Positions 1 through 11,657 of a stretch of DNA of 64,000 nt are shown here, in pieces (within the stretch, counting starts at the first letter, position 1; the number at the start of each line of letters is the position of its first letter). The DNA is from Acidobacteriota bacterium (GTDB lineage Bacteria; Acidobacteriota; UBA6911; RPQK01; G965248645). Under the pieces are notes generated by a model. The model did not search any database, was not told the DNA's origin, and worked only from the letters and a program-made list of their open reading frames with translations. The stretch lies in the NCBI GenBank assembly GCA_965248645.1, contig OZ252113.1, positions 155,522 through 219,521 of the forward strand. The letters run 5' to 3'. The position numbers and the translations under genes are program-made.

Positions 1-8
1 TCTCTCTG

Positions 9-1031
9 TTGAATAATCCAGCAGGCATAAGAGCGGATTCTGGATACACTCGCGCCACTGCCACCATCAAGACCCTGAGTCTGAGTTTTGAGGAGAGTTG
101 GCGGTTGGGAGATGCGGTCTCGCTGGTCTGGGGGTTAGAATGGGACCAGGTTCGCAGCTCTAACTCATACTCGTTCCTCAGTCCAAGCGCGGAAATAGCC
201 TATGCACCTAGGAAGTCAACTGTTTTCCGAGTGTTGACCGCTTCGAAGCGATCTAACCAGGGCAACAGTGTAACTTTGCAGGACGGAAGTATGGTCAATT
301 TGGCCGACGCGGTGTACTTTGCGCGCCTGGGGGAACACCTTAGTGTAGGAACTTCGCGTTACGACCAAGCTAGTATTTCTCAGGAGGTGGGCGACGACAC
401 GGTGGTAGAGCTGGCTGCTTATCGAAATCGACTTTTTAGGGGAGCGGTGCCTGTGTTGGCTGTGCTTCAATATGCCCCGGAGGCCGAGGTGCTGCGATTA
501 ACCGATGAGCAAGTCGATAATCGAGGTTATCGACTGACGGTTCAACATCGCGTAACTCAAAATCTAAAGGGTGCTTTTTCTTACGTCGGTGGGAGCGCCG
601 CTGGATTGGGATTGGATTGCTTTGCTGTGGTTTTAGGAGAACCGCTCCTACAAGAAATGATTAGCCAACGAGACTATCACCTTTTGTCCACCCAAGTCGA
701 AGCTTTGATCTCCCAATCTCAAACCCGTTTGATGGCGCTAGTAAAGTTTGTTCCAGGGGGCAGGCCTATAACTCCCTTAGATGCTTTTTCTGATCGTTAC
801 GAAACAGCCAACGAGGGAGTGAATCTCTTTATCCGGCAGCTCCTGCCGCTGCCTGTCGGATTACTAAACACGCTGGGGCTTGACTTCCTTTCTCTCTACC
901 AAGTCGAAGTTCTTCTCGACGTCCGCAATCTCCTTGATCACGATCTTGGGAAGGTCCGCACGCCAATGGGCGATGTGGTGCTCGTCCGGAATCCTCGATC
1001 AGTGCGCGGCGGGATTTCCCTTAAGTTCTAG
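9..1031 (+). CDS. hypothetical protein, possibly 5'-truncated at the window edge; ends in ...GGISLKF, a C-terminal Phe as in outer-membrane beta-barrels
   Basis: Long ORF open to the window start; alternating beta-like segments; C-terminal F. No recognisable catalytic motifs. Confidence 0.3.
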   Translation: MNNPAGIRADSGYTRATATIKTLSLSFEESWRLGDAVSLVWGLEWDQVRSSNSYSFLSPSAEIAYAPRKSTVFRVLTASKRSNQGNSVTLQDGSMVNLADAVYFARLGEHLSVGTSRYDQASISQEVGDDTVVELAAYRNRLFRGAVPVLAVLQYAPEAEVLRLTDEQVDNRGYRLTVQHRVTQNLKGAFSYVGGSAAGLGLDCFAVVLGEPLLQEMISQRDYHLLSTQVEALISQSQTRLMALVKFVPGGRPITPLDAFSDRYETANEGVNLFIRQLLPLPVGLLNTLGLDFLSLYQVEVLLDVRNLLDHDLGKVRTPMGDVVLVRNPRSVRGGISLKF

Positions 1032-1096
1032 GGTCGGCCGGCAAACCTCACTTGAGGTTCTAGACGGGGATCGAGAGCCGATCTGCGACAGAGAGA

Positions 1097-1158
1097 GTCA
1101 GAACCCAGAATTCACTTTATTGGATCACCATCCAATAAAGTGAATTCTGGGTTCTGAC
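1097..1158. repeat. 28-bp perfect inverted repeat (arms 1097-1124 and 1131-1158, 6-nt loop), hairpin just downstream of the first ORF
   Basis: Read directly: gtcagaacccagaattcactttattgga / tcacca / tccaataaagtgaattctgggttctgac. No T-run follows. Confidence 0.8.
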
Positions 1159-1306
1159 TCTGGGCCTCGGTTGGCCTATTCGGGACAAGTATTTCAGGAA
1201 ATCTTCAGGGTTTTTGGCTATTTACGTGTGGGTGGTATAGAAATTGCTAAAATATGGGGGGGCGGTTTTGTATCTCTATATTGTTGGGGCTGAGAGATAG
1301 AGCTTC

Positions 1307-4159
1307 ATGACGTTTTTCAAAGGTCGGAGAATCAGTGTGGTGATTTTGTCCAGTCTGGCTCTAGGTCTCGGTTTTTTAAACTGGACAGATCGATTAAATT
1401 GGAAGTTTCCGTCCGACGGGATCGTCTGGGTTCAGACGCAGCGAGGTGTCGAGGTAAAGGCGATCATGGATTCGACTACCTTGGAGACTCAAAAGGAACT
1501 GAAGCCAGGAGATCTCCTTCTTGAAATCAATGGAATCTCTATCAAAACACTGGACGAGCACACCGAGGTGGTGGAAATCCTTTCCGAGACTTTGCCTGGG
1601 AATACTTCAGCTAGCTATTTGATCAGGCTGGCAAAAACGAAGGAGGAAACTTCTTACCCTGTCCGAATCCAGAGAAGATCTCAAATTGGCCGTAGCGATT
1701 TGTTTCTTGTCCTTGTTGGTTTCACTTATCTGGTAATTGGGCTGTTCATTTTTTTGCGCCATCGGAACGCCAAGGGTGTCTTTCACTTTTATCTCATCTG
1801 TGTGGTTGCTTTTGTCTTATTTCTATTCCGGCACTCGGGTAGGGCTGATGTTTTCGACATCTTGATTTATTGGTGCGACGTAGTGGCGTTTCTTCTCCTA
1901 CCTCCGCTGTTCTTGCACTTCAGCTACTCCTTTCCCAAAGGCCTGGCACGGTCGCAGTCTGTGCTACGTCTTAACTTTCTAACCTACTTGCCTTTTTTTG
2001 TTCTTCTTGGGCTGCAGCTAAGTTGGTTTTGGGGTCAACTAAAACCGCTAGGCCTGGCACGGTCCCGTTCGGGAGAAAGTGTCCTTGAGTGGCTTCAAAT
2101 GATTCATTTCGTCAGTTTTTTTCTCCTGGCCGCTTGTATTTTAGTGTTTGTCAGGCGGGGGGCTTCCACTCTGGTTCAACGGCAACAAATGAAATGGATC
2201 ACTAACGGAGCCTTAATTGGGGTAGTCCCTTTTGCGCTGCTTTATGGTGTTCCCTATCTGCTGGGCTGGTCCATCTACGCCTCGATGGAGTTCTCGATCT
2301 TGAGTTTGGCTCTGATTCCTTTAGCCTTCGGCTATGCCATCACAAAATATCGGCTGATGGATGTTGAGTTGATATTCAAAAAGGGTGCAGCCTATCTTCT
2401 TGCCACATCCACATTGTTAGGTTTTTACATACTGGTGGCGATACTGGCCGGCCGAGCGGCAGAAAGGCTCTTCTCTGAGTCCGGTTTTGTACTTTTTGGA
2501 TTTTCCGCTTTGATCGTGGCCCTTCTGTTTGCCCCTCTGAAGAACAGGATTCAGGAACAGATTGATCGTTATTTTTACAATAATCAGTACAACTATCGTC
2601 AATCTTTCGCAGAGTTTGGCCAGACTCTGGGATCCGAGATCAGCCTGCCTCGATTAGCGGAGCAAGTCTCCAATCGAATCCGCCAGACACTCAATCTTGA
2701 CCCGGTGACTCTGTTTCTTCGTACAGACACTCAATCCCATACTTATCGGCTCTATCATATTTCCCAGGGGGTTCGGAATGCGGTTGAGCCGACCTCGCTC
2801 GAAGTTTCTCTTCGTGTCTTCTCAGACTTGGCTCAGCAACCCAGGCCACTGTCATTGTCTCAGGAGATTCAAGCAGGGTGTGAAGATACCTTAAGCCGCT
2901 GGGGCATTCACTACATCCAGCCACTTTTGGTGCGCGATCGTGTAATTGGCTTTTTGGGGTTGGGACAACGGGCCAATGGAGCACTTATGAACAGTGAAGA
3001 TCTGGATCTGATGGCTACTTTATCCCGCTATGTGGCCATTGCAGTCGACAACGCCTTGCTCTACAGTTCACTCCGAGCTAATGCTAGTAAATTAGAGCGC
3101 CTAAAACTCTACAGCGAGAATGTGATACAGAGCATCACGGTTGGGGTAGTAGTGATCGCTCCGGAAGGGGAAATCACGATTTGGAACCCTTCCATGGAGT
3201 CAATCTACGGCTTACCCCAAGGGAAGGCAGTGGGGAGAAATCTAGCGGATATATTACCCTCCGAGTTGATCCAGACCATGAAGGAGGTCCTTGAAGGTCC
3301 CAACTGGCTAATCCAGGAAAACATCAAACTTTGCAAGATTCACTTGAAGGTGGAAGAGGGGCATACCAGATTGGTCGATATCACACTTGTTCCTTTTGTT
3401 CTGCATGACGATGTCAATACGGGAACCCTGTTGATTTTTGACGACATCACCGAAAAAATCCGCCTTGAGGGCCAGCTCCAGCAGGCTGAGAAACTGAGTT
3501 CAATTGGCCTTTTTGTCGCTGGAGTAGCTCATGAGGTGAACACCCCCTTGGCTGGAATATCCAGCTATGCACAGATGCTCCTGAAGAAAAGCTCCCCTGG
3601 AGATCCCCGTTATTCCATATTGAGAAAAATTGAGAAGCAGAGTTTTCGGGCCTCAAACATCGTAACCAACCTTTTAAATTTTGCCCGTTGTAGCGATGCG
3701 GACCTTCAGGAAGTCAATATCAATTCTCTGATGATGGAGACTCTGTCGCTGATCAACCACCAGTTCAGAAGAAATGGCGTAGATTTACAACTGGATCTAG
3801 ATCCCTCTCTTCCCAAGACCGTGGGAAGTGGTGGCAAATTGCAGCAGGTTTTCATGAACCTGTTTCTCAATGCGAAAGATGCTATGGCCAAGGGGGGGAG
3901 ATTGAGGGTAAAAACCTACGCCAAGGACTCTTCACTGATAGTGGAAATCGAGGACAATGGCGTAGGAATCGCCGAAGAACACATCAAGCAGATTTACGAT
4001 CCATTCTTTACCACCAAAGAAGTGGGACGGGGAACGGGACTTGGTCTGTCGATCTCCTACGGCATAATCCAGGAGCACTCCGGTCGCATCAGTGTAGAGA
4101 GTGCATCGAGCAGAGGGACCACCTTTACCCTGCGATTGCCGGTCACCCGAGTCAACTGA
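1307..4159 (+). CDS. multi-domain sensor histidine kinase: N-terminal periplasmic PDZ-like domain, ~10 TM helices, GAF, PAS, HisKA, HATPase_c
   Basis: PDZ-like 'LKPGDLLLEINGISIKTL'; hydrophobic block residues ~130-400; H-box 'VAGVAHEVNTPLAGISSYAQML'; G-boxes 'DNGVGI' and 'GRGTGLGLSISYGII'. Confidence 0.85.
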   Translation: MTFFKGRRISVVILSSLALGLGFLNWTDRLNWKFPSDGIVWVQTQRGVEVKAIMDSTTLETQKELKPGDLLLEINGISIKTLDEHTEVVEILSETLPGNTSASYLIRLAKTKEETSYPVRIQRRSQIGRSDLFLVLVGFTYLVIGLFIFLRHRNAKGVFHFYLICVVAFVLFLFRHSGRADVFDILIYWCDVVAFLLLPPLFLHFSYSFPKGLARSQSVLRLNFLTYLPFFVLLGLQLSWFWGQLKPLGLARSRSGESVLEWLQMIHFVSFFLLAACILVFVRRGASTLVQRQQMKWITNGALIGVVPFALLYGVPYLLGWSIYASMEFSILSLALIPLAFGYAITKYRLMDVELIFKKGAAYLLATSTLLGFYILVAILAGRAAERLFSESGFVLFGFSALIVALLFAPLKNRIQEQIDRYFYNNQYNYRQSFAEFGQTLGSEISLPRLAEQVSNRIRQTLNLDPVTLFLRTDTQSHTYRLYHISQGVRNAVEPTSLEVSLRVFSDLAQQPRPLSLSQEIQAGCEDTLSRWGIHYIQPLLVRDRVIGFLGLGQRANGALMNSEDLDLMATLSRYVAIAVDNALLYSSLRANASKLERLKLYSENVIQSITVGVVVIAPEGEITIWNPSMESIYGLPQGKAVGRNLADILPSELIQTMKEVLEGPNWLIQENIKLCKIHLKVEEGHTRLVDITLVPFVLHDDVNTGTLLIFDDITEKIRLEGQLQQAEKLSSIGLFVAGVAHEVNTPLAGISSYAQMLLKKSSPGDPRYSILRKIEKQSFRASNIVTNLLNFARCSDADLQEVNINSLMMETLSLINHQFRRNGVDLQLDLDPSLPKTVGSGGKLQQVFMNLFLNAKDAMAKGGRLRVKTYAKDSSLIVEIEDNGVGIAEEHIKQIYDPFFTTKEVGRGTGLGLSISYGIIQEHSGRISVESASSRGTTFTLRLPVTRVN

Positions 4160-4172
4160 ACCCTTTGAGGTT

Positions 4173-5528
4173 ATGCCGTCACGACCTTCCATTCTGATTA
4201 TTGATGACGAAGAGATTATGGGTGAAGTTCTCACCCAACTCCTCGAAACAGAAGGGTATCGTGTGATTACGGTCTCCAATGGAGAGGAGGGATTGGAACG
4301 CTTAAAGGAAGAAGTGGTGGATCTAATCCTGCTGGATCTAATGCTTCCAGGTATGGGAGGTCTAGCCACTCTGGGAGAAATTTTCCGTTTCGATCCGGAT
4401 GCGGTCGTCGTAGTAATCACCGCCTATGGTTCTATCGAAACGGCTGTTTCGACCACCAAGAAAGGGGCTTTTGACTTCGTTACTAAACCCTTTAAAAACG
4501 ATGAGCTCCTTCTCGTGGTCCACAACGGACTAAAAAAACATAGTCTCGAACTGGAAAATCGCCAGCTTAGGAAGAACTTCAAAACCCACTTTTCTTTTGA
4601 GAGCATTGTGGGTAAGAGTCCGCAGATGCAGCAGGTTTTCAATTTGATCATTCAGGTCGGCCCTGGTCGCAGTACCATCATGATTCTGGGGGAAAGTGGA
4701 ACGGGAAAAGAATTGGTTGCCAAGGCGATTCATAACTGTAGTCCGCGTTTGAATGGCCCTTTTATAACGGTCAATAGTGGAAGTATCCCGGCCGATTTGT
4801 TGGAAAGTGAACTATTTGGTCATGTGAGGGGTGCGTTTACTGGAGCCACAAATACTAAGAAAGGATTGTTTGAAATTGCCGACCAAGGGACTATTTTCTT
4901 GGATGAAGTAGGTACGCTTCCCCTGGCCACCCAAGCCAAACTGTTGCGCGTTATTCAGGAACTGGAGTTTCGTCGCGTGGGTGGTCTAGAAAACATCAAT
5001 GTTGATGTCCGGATCATCGCCGCCACCAACATCAACCTTAAACAAGCTGTGGAGCGGAGAGAGTTCCGGGATGATCTTTATTATCGACTCAATGTGATTT
5101 CCGTTTCTTTGCCCCCGCTGCGAGACAGGCGAGAGGATGTTCCTCTGTTAGTTGAGCATTTTTTGCCTCGCTTTTCCGATGAGAATCACCGCTCTCGTTA
5201 TGCTGTGCAGCAAGATGCGCTCAAGTGTTTGATGGAGTATGATTGGCCGGGCAATGTACGAGAATTAGAAAATGTAATCGAGCGAGCGGTGGTTCTCGCT
5301 CCTGACGAAGGCCAAATTACCTGCGAGCTCTTGCCCAGAGAAATGCAGGAGTCCCGGGTCGAGTATGGAGCTTCCCTCAAAGAATTGGTGGCCGAATTCG
5401 AAAAAAGTCTCATTACTTCTGCCCTAAACACCACGGACTGGAATCAAAAAGAGGCAGCTGGTCTTCTGCGTGTCAATCCCACCACCCTCAACGAGAAACT
5501 CAAACGCCTGAATATCAAGCCAGCCTGA
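4173..5528 (+). CDS. sigma-54-dependent response regulator (NtrC family: REC, AAA+ sigma-54 interaction domain, Fis-type HTH)
   Basis: REC 'ILIIDDEE...DLMLPGMGG'; Walker A 'GESGTGKE'; GAFTGA motif 'GAFTGA'; 'DWPGNVRELEN'; C-terminal HTH. Start placed at the internal Met (MPSRPSILIIDD) just after the kinase stop. Confidence 0.9.
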   Translation: MPSRPSILIIDDEEIMGEVLTQLLETEGYRVITVSNGEEGLERLKEEVVDLILLDLMLPGMGGLATLGEIFRFDPDAVVVVITAYGSIETAVSTTKKGAFDFVTKPFKNDELLLVVHNGLKKHSLELENRQLRKNFKTHFSFESIVGKSPQMQQVFNLIIQVGPGRSTIMILGESGTGKELVAKAIHNCSPRLNGPFITVNSGSIPADLLESELFGHVRGAFTGATNTKKGLFEIADQGTIFLDEVGTLPLATQAKLLRVIQELEFRRVGGLENINVDVRIIAATNINLKQAVERREFRDDLYYRLNVISVSLPPLRDRREDVPLLVEHFLPRFSDENHRSRYAVQQDALKCLMEYDWPGNVRELENVIERAVVLAPDEGQITCELLPREMQESRVEYGASLKELVAEFEKSLITSALNTTDWNQKEAAGLLRVNPTTLNEKLKRLNIKPA

Positions 5529-5796
5529 GTGGACATCTCTCTGGTGCTTTTCTTACGCTTGGCCCTAGCGATGCAGTGAGGAGGGTGTGAGAAAGGGAGG
5601 CAACCCTTTCTCGAAAAAGACCGAGAAGGGGGCGCACTAGAAAGGGCGCCCGATTGCCAATACCTGCATCTGGGGGGGAGAGTTTGTATCGGTTGGTAGT
5701 TTGACTTCGACCCACCCCAGGGCTATTATGATGACTCTCCGGAATTTGATACTTTCCGTCTGCTACATACTCTAAAAAGGTGTTGTCTGTCGGTAA

Positions 5797-6477
5797 GTGG
5801 AGGATAAGGTAGTGATACTTGCAATCGGAGGAAATCTCTGGACCTATTTCCGACAGGGAGGACCCATGATGTGGCCTCTCCTCGTCTGTTCGATTCTTGG
5901 CCTGCTCTTTATTCTTGAGCGAAGCATTGCTCTTTACCGAATTAAAGGAAACACCGCAGAGATCTTCGGATCAGTACGCAATTCCCTTCTCGGTGGAGAG
6001 CTTCAGCGGTCCATTGAGGTGTGCGAAACCTATGATCACCCGGTGGCCACCGCCTTAAAATCCGGTGTTCTCCGTTTTGGAAAATCACACCAGGAAATTG
6101 AGAAGGCCATGGAGAGTGTGAGCCTACACGAGTTGTCTCAACTGGAAAAAGGTCTTTGGATTCTTGCTACCGTAGCCAACATCGCTCCTCTGTTTGGATT
6201 CCTGGGAACGGTCACGGGAATGATCGCTTCCTTTCAGGCTCTGGCGGAAGAGGGTTTGGGAAATCCTCAAGCTGTGGCCGGCGGAATATCCGAGGCGCTG
6301 ATTACCACTGCTACCGGCCTCATGATCGCACTTCCGGTGCAAGCAGCCTATAGTTATTTCAGCAACAGGGTTTCTAGTTTTGCCCTGGATATGGAGACCA
6401 GTTGCGCCATGCTCCTGGAGACTTTTAACGAAATCGAGGAGAGCGAGGAAGGGGAGCAACGGACAAGAGGCATATGA
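5797..6477 (+). CDS. exbB: MotA/TolQ/ExbB-family proton channel
   Basis: Three TM segments and the conserved 'LGTVTGMIASF' region typical of ExbB/TolQ. Confidence 0.8.
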   Translation: MEDKVVILAIGGNLWTYFRQGGPMMWPLLVCSILGLLFILERSIALYRIKGNTAEIFGSVRNSLLGGELQRSIEVCETYDHPVATALKSGVLRFGKSHQEIEKAMESVSLHELSQLEKGLWILATVANIAPLFGFLGTVTGMIASFQALAEEGLGNPQAVAGGISEALITTATGLMIALPVQAAYSYFSNRVSSFALDMETSCAMLLETFNEIEESEEGEQRTRGI

Positions 6478-6905
6478 GAAGACGAGGGATCGGCAGGATG
6501 CTTCCGAGGATTCCCACTGCCTCTATGGCTGACATCGCTTTTCTGCTGATCATCTTCTTCATGTTAACGACTTCATTTTCTCCGGAACGTACTAGCGTCA
6601 GACTGCCTCAGTCAGCGATTCGAACCCAGGTGTCCAAAGACGCCGCCATCATTGCGGCTACAGCTCAGGGCAATTTGAGCTTCAGCGACGGAGAGCAACT
6701 CGCTTTTCCTCTGGCCAGTATTGACGAGCTTGGTCCCTTGACCAAGACGATCCTCGAACTCATTCCTCGGAAGGAGTTTGTCATTAAGGCCGACCGTGCT
6801 GTTCGCTACCGGATCATCGACGACATTTTGGAAAAGCTGCGCAACAACGGGGCGAGAAACATTGGCCTATTGACGGTGCGGAGGAGCGGTGAGGAGAGGA
6901 AGTAG
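6474..6905 (+). CDS. exbD: ExbD/TolR-family biopolymer transport protein (paralogue 1)
   Basis: 'SMADIAFLLIIFFMLT' N-terminal TM typical of ExbD/TolR; start overlaps the exbB stop. Confidence 0.8.
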   Translation: MRRRGIGRMLPRIPTASMADIAFLLIIFFMLTTSFSPERTSVRLPQSAIRTQVSKDAAIIAATAQGNLSFSDGEQLAFPLASIDELGPLTKTILELIPRKEFVIKADRAVRYRIIDDILEKLRNNGARNIGLLTVRRSGEERK

Positions 6906-7339
6906 TGGCCTTTAAAGGCAGGCTTCGACAAGAGGCTGAAATCCCGACTTCCTCCATGGCCGACATTGCCTTTTTACTGATTATCTTCTTCATGCTCACC
7001 GCGGTTTTTTCCGCCACTAAAGGGCTACAATTTGCTTTCCCAAAAGACGATCCCCATCAGTTGGATGTACAACCCGAGGGAGCCGTACACATCAAGATAC
7101 TGGGTCAGGGGCAATACCAGGTGGACAAGACTGCAATGACCTTAGGGGAGATGGGCGGATATGTACAGATGAAGATACGACAGAACCCGGATAAGCCGGT
7201 GATTATCCAGACTTTACCTCAGGTTCCCTACTACGTGATGATCGATGTTTTCGATCGGTTGAGAAACTTGGAAGTTAAGAATATTTCGGTCCCTACCCGA
7301 GCCGAAGTGGAACGCTGGAAAGCTTTCGGAATTTTCTAG
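6905..7339 (+). CDS. exbD: ExbD/TolR-family biopolymer transport protein (paralogue 2)
   Basis: Same 'SMADIAFLLIIFFMLT' signature; overlaps the previous stop codon. Confidence 0.8.
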   Translation: MAFKGRLRQEAEIPTSSMADIAFLLIIFFMLTAVFSATKGLQFAFPKDDPHQLDVQPEGAVHIKILGQGQYQVDKTAMTLGEMGGYVQMKIRQNPDKPVIIQTLPQVPYYVMIDVFDRLRNLEVKNISVPTRAEVERWKAFGIF

Positions 7340-7354
7340 TTAAGAGGAGAAAAG

Positions 7355-8311
7355 ATGAAGCATGTCCTGCGGTTTTTACTGGTCGCTGGAGCACAGTTAC
7401 TCCTATTCGGGCAGGGAGACTTTGAAAAGGGGATTTCCTATTATAAACAGGGGCGGTACCACAAAGCTATTGAGCAGTTTGAGCAAATGGTTCAGGTGAA
7501 TCGCGGCTATGAATCAGGTTACCGGGTGTTGGGAGAATGCTACTTAAAGACTGAGCAATACGAAAAGGCTACCGAGGCTTTTCAGAAGGCGTTGGAGTTA
7601 GAGGATGATCAGTATGCCTCTTATCTTGGACTAGCCCTAGCCTACTATAATCGAGAAAGCCACGAGAAAGTAGTTGAGACACTGTTGAAAGGAGAACGGT
7701 ATTCCCGCTCTCCCCATGACCGATATCAACTTTTCCACATCAGAGGATCGTCCAACTTTGACCTCAACCACTTCGATGAAGCCGTTCGGGACTTGAGCAA
7801 AGCGGTTTCCATCAAGAGGGGAAAGCCGAAGCATATTCTGCAATTAGGTATTGCCTACTATAGACTCGGCAAGCATTCCGAAGCCGAGAGGTTTCTCAGC
7901 CAAGCACTGGCCCTGGCACCTGCTTCACTCGAAGCAAAACGCTACCTAGCTCACGCCCGCTACCAACAGTCCGTGGATGCGATTGAGGGCAAGAACTACA
8001 GCGGTGCTGCCATCATCCTGAAGGATTATGTGAAGCAGAATCCGCAAGACGGAGAGGCCTGGTTCAATTTGGGTCTCGCGTATTTGTTCACTCAAGATTT
8101 AAGGGCTTCCGAGCGAGCCTTTCTCGAGAGCACCAAGCTCTTACCCCAGCATTCGCGGACCTATGAGCGATTGGGCTATCTGTACGAAAAGACCAACCGA
8201 TATGACAAAGCTTTGAACCACTACCAAAGAGCCTATAACCTCAGCCGGACTCCCCAAGCGAAAGAGAGCATTGAGCGAGTAAGAGAACGCATCCGTCGGG
8301 GTAAGAGCTGA
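7355..8311 (+). CDS. secreted TPR-repeat protein
   Basis: N-terminal signal peptide; multiple W/LG-Y-A-F-P TPR-like repeats ('AWFNLGLAYL', 'YERLGYLYEK'). Confidence 0.7.
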   Translation: MKHVLRFLLVAGAQLLLFGQGDFEKGISYYKQGRYHKAIEQFEQMVQVNRGYESGYRVLGECYLKTEQYEKATEAFQKALELEDDQYASYLGLALAYYNRESHEKVVETLLKGERYSRSPHDRYQLFHIRGSSNFDLNHFDEAVRDLSKAVSIKRGKPKHILQLGIAYYRLGKHSEAERFLSQALALAPASLEAKRYLAHARYQQSVDAIEGKNYSGAAIILKDYVKQNPQDGEAWFNLGLAYLFTQDLRASERAFLESTKLLPQHSRTYERLGYLYEKTNRYDKALNHYQRAYNLSRTPQAKESIERVRERIRRGKS

Positions 8312-8379
8312 GAAGTGCTTGCGCTCCCATCCGGATCTTCAACTTCCTCGAGTCACTATAACCCACTCTCGCTCCCGTC

Positions 8380-10711
<2,332 letters not shown>

Positions 10712-10868
10712 CGGAGAACTATTTCCAGCGACCGTTACCGGTATGTATTGAGATTAAGAGACCTCCTGACGGAAAATCCTGTTGCGGGTAGATAACATTT
10801 TCATCTGAGCAAACTCGGAGGAGGTAGTAGTAAGCATCCTGGGTGGATGGTCCGGGAATTCGAGACGA

Positions 10869-11657
10869 GTGTCTATTTTGAAGAAAATATCGGCGGTGAT
10901 CATCAGTTTCAATGAAGAGGAGAAAATCGAGAAGGCGCTCAACAGTCTGCAAAGCGTAGCCGATGAAATTGTGGTCGTGGATTCTTTTAGCCAAGATGCA
11001 ACTCCGGAAATCTGCCATCGTTACACTGACCGAGTCTTTCAGAGAAGATGGCAAGGATTTCGAAGTCAAAAGGAGTTTGCCACCGACCGGGCGAGCTATG
11101 ATTGGGTGCTGAGCCTTGATGCTGACGAGGTACTGGGTGATGCATTAAGAGAAGAGATTCTCGAGTGGAAACAAGCCGATCACACCTGCCTTGGATACTA
11201 CCTGCCGCGAAAGACCTTCTTCATGGGTCGCTGGATTAAGCACACGACCTGGTATCCTGATTGGCAACTTCGCCTGTTTCGTAAGTCTTGCGGTTGCTGG
11301 GTTGGAGGACGGGTTCACGAAGCCTTTCGGATCAAAGGATTGACCGCTCGATTTAGGGGAGATATCCATCATTATACCTACGCTTCTCTTTCTGAATATC
11401 TCGAACAGCTTAAGGTCTTTTCAACCTTGTGCGCTTCTGATTACTGGGATCGAGGTCGCCGTGCTCACCTCGTCCAGCTTTTGTTTTATCCCCCAGCCGT
11501 TTTCCTGAACAACTATTTTTTGAAGTTGGGCGTCCTAGATGGGAGGCCAGGGTTGGTCGTCTCTCTTCTTGGCTCGGTATCGGCCCTGTTCAAATATCTG
11601 AAATTGTGGGAGCTGCAAAGGAAGAAGGGAGCAATCTCTGGGCCATCAGTTCGATGA
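10869..11657 (+). CDS. family 2 glycosyltransferase
   Basis: 'VIISFNEEEKIEKAL...VVVDSFSQDAT...SLDADE' GT2 (DXD) signature. Confidence 0.8.
   Translation: MSILKKISAVIISFNEEEKIEKALNSLQSVADEIVVVDSFSQDATPEICHRYTDRVFQRRWQGFRSQKEFATDRASYDWVLSLDADEVLGDALREEILEWKQADHTCLGYYLPRKTFFMGRWIKHTTWYPDWQLRLFRKSCGCWVGGRVHEAFRIKGLTARFRGDIHHYTYASLSEYLEQLKVFSTLCASDYWDRGRRAHLVQLLFYPPAVFLNNYFLKLGVLDGRPGLVVSLLGSVSALFKYLKLWELQRKKGAISGPSVR

Noticed and set aside
880-1143. 87-aa ORF overlapping the 28-bp palindrome
   Set aside because: Runs through the hairpin and overlaps the upstream gene in another frame. Treated as an ORF-caller artefact.
3932-4420. 162-aa minus-strand ORF
   Set aside because: Antisense to the histidine-kinase and response-regulator genes; Ser/Arg-rich. 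Spurious.
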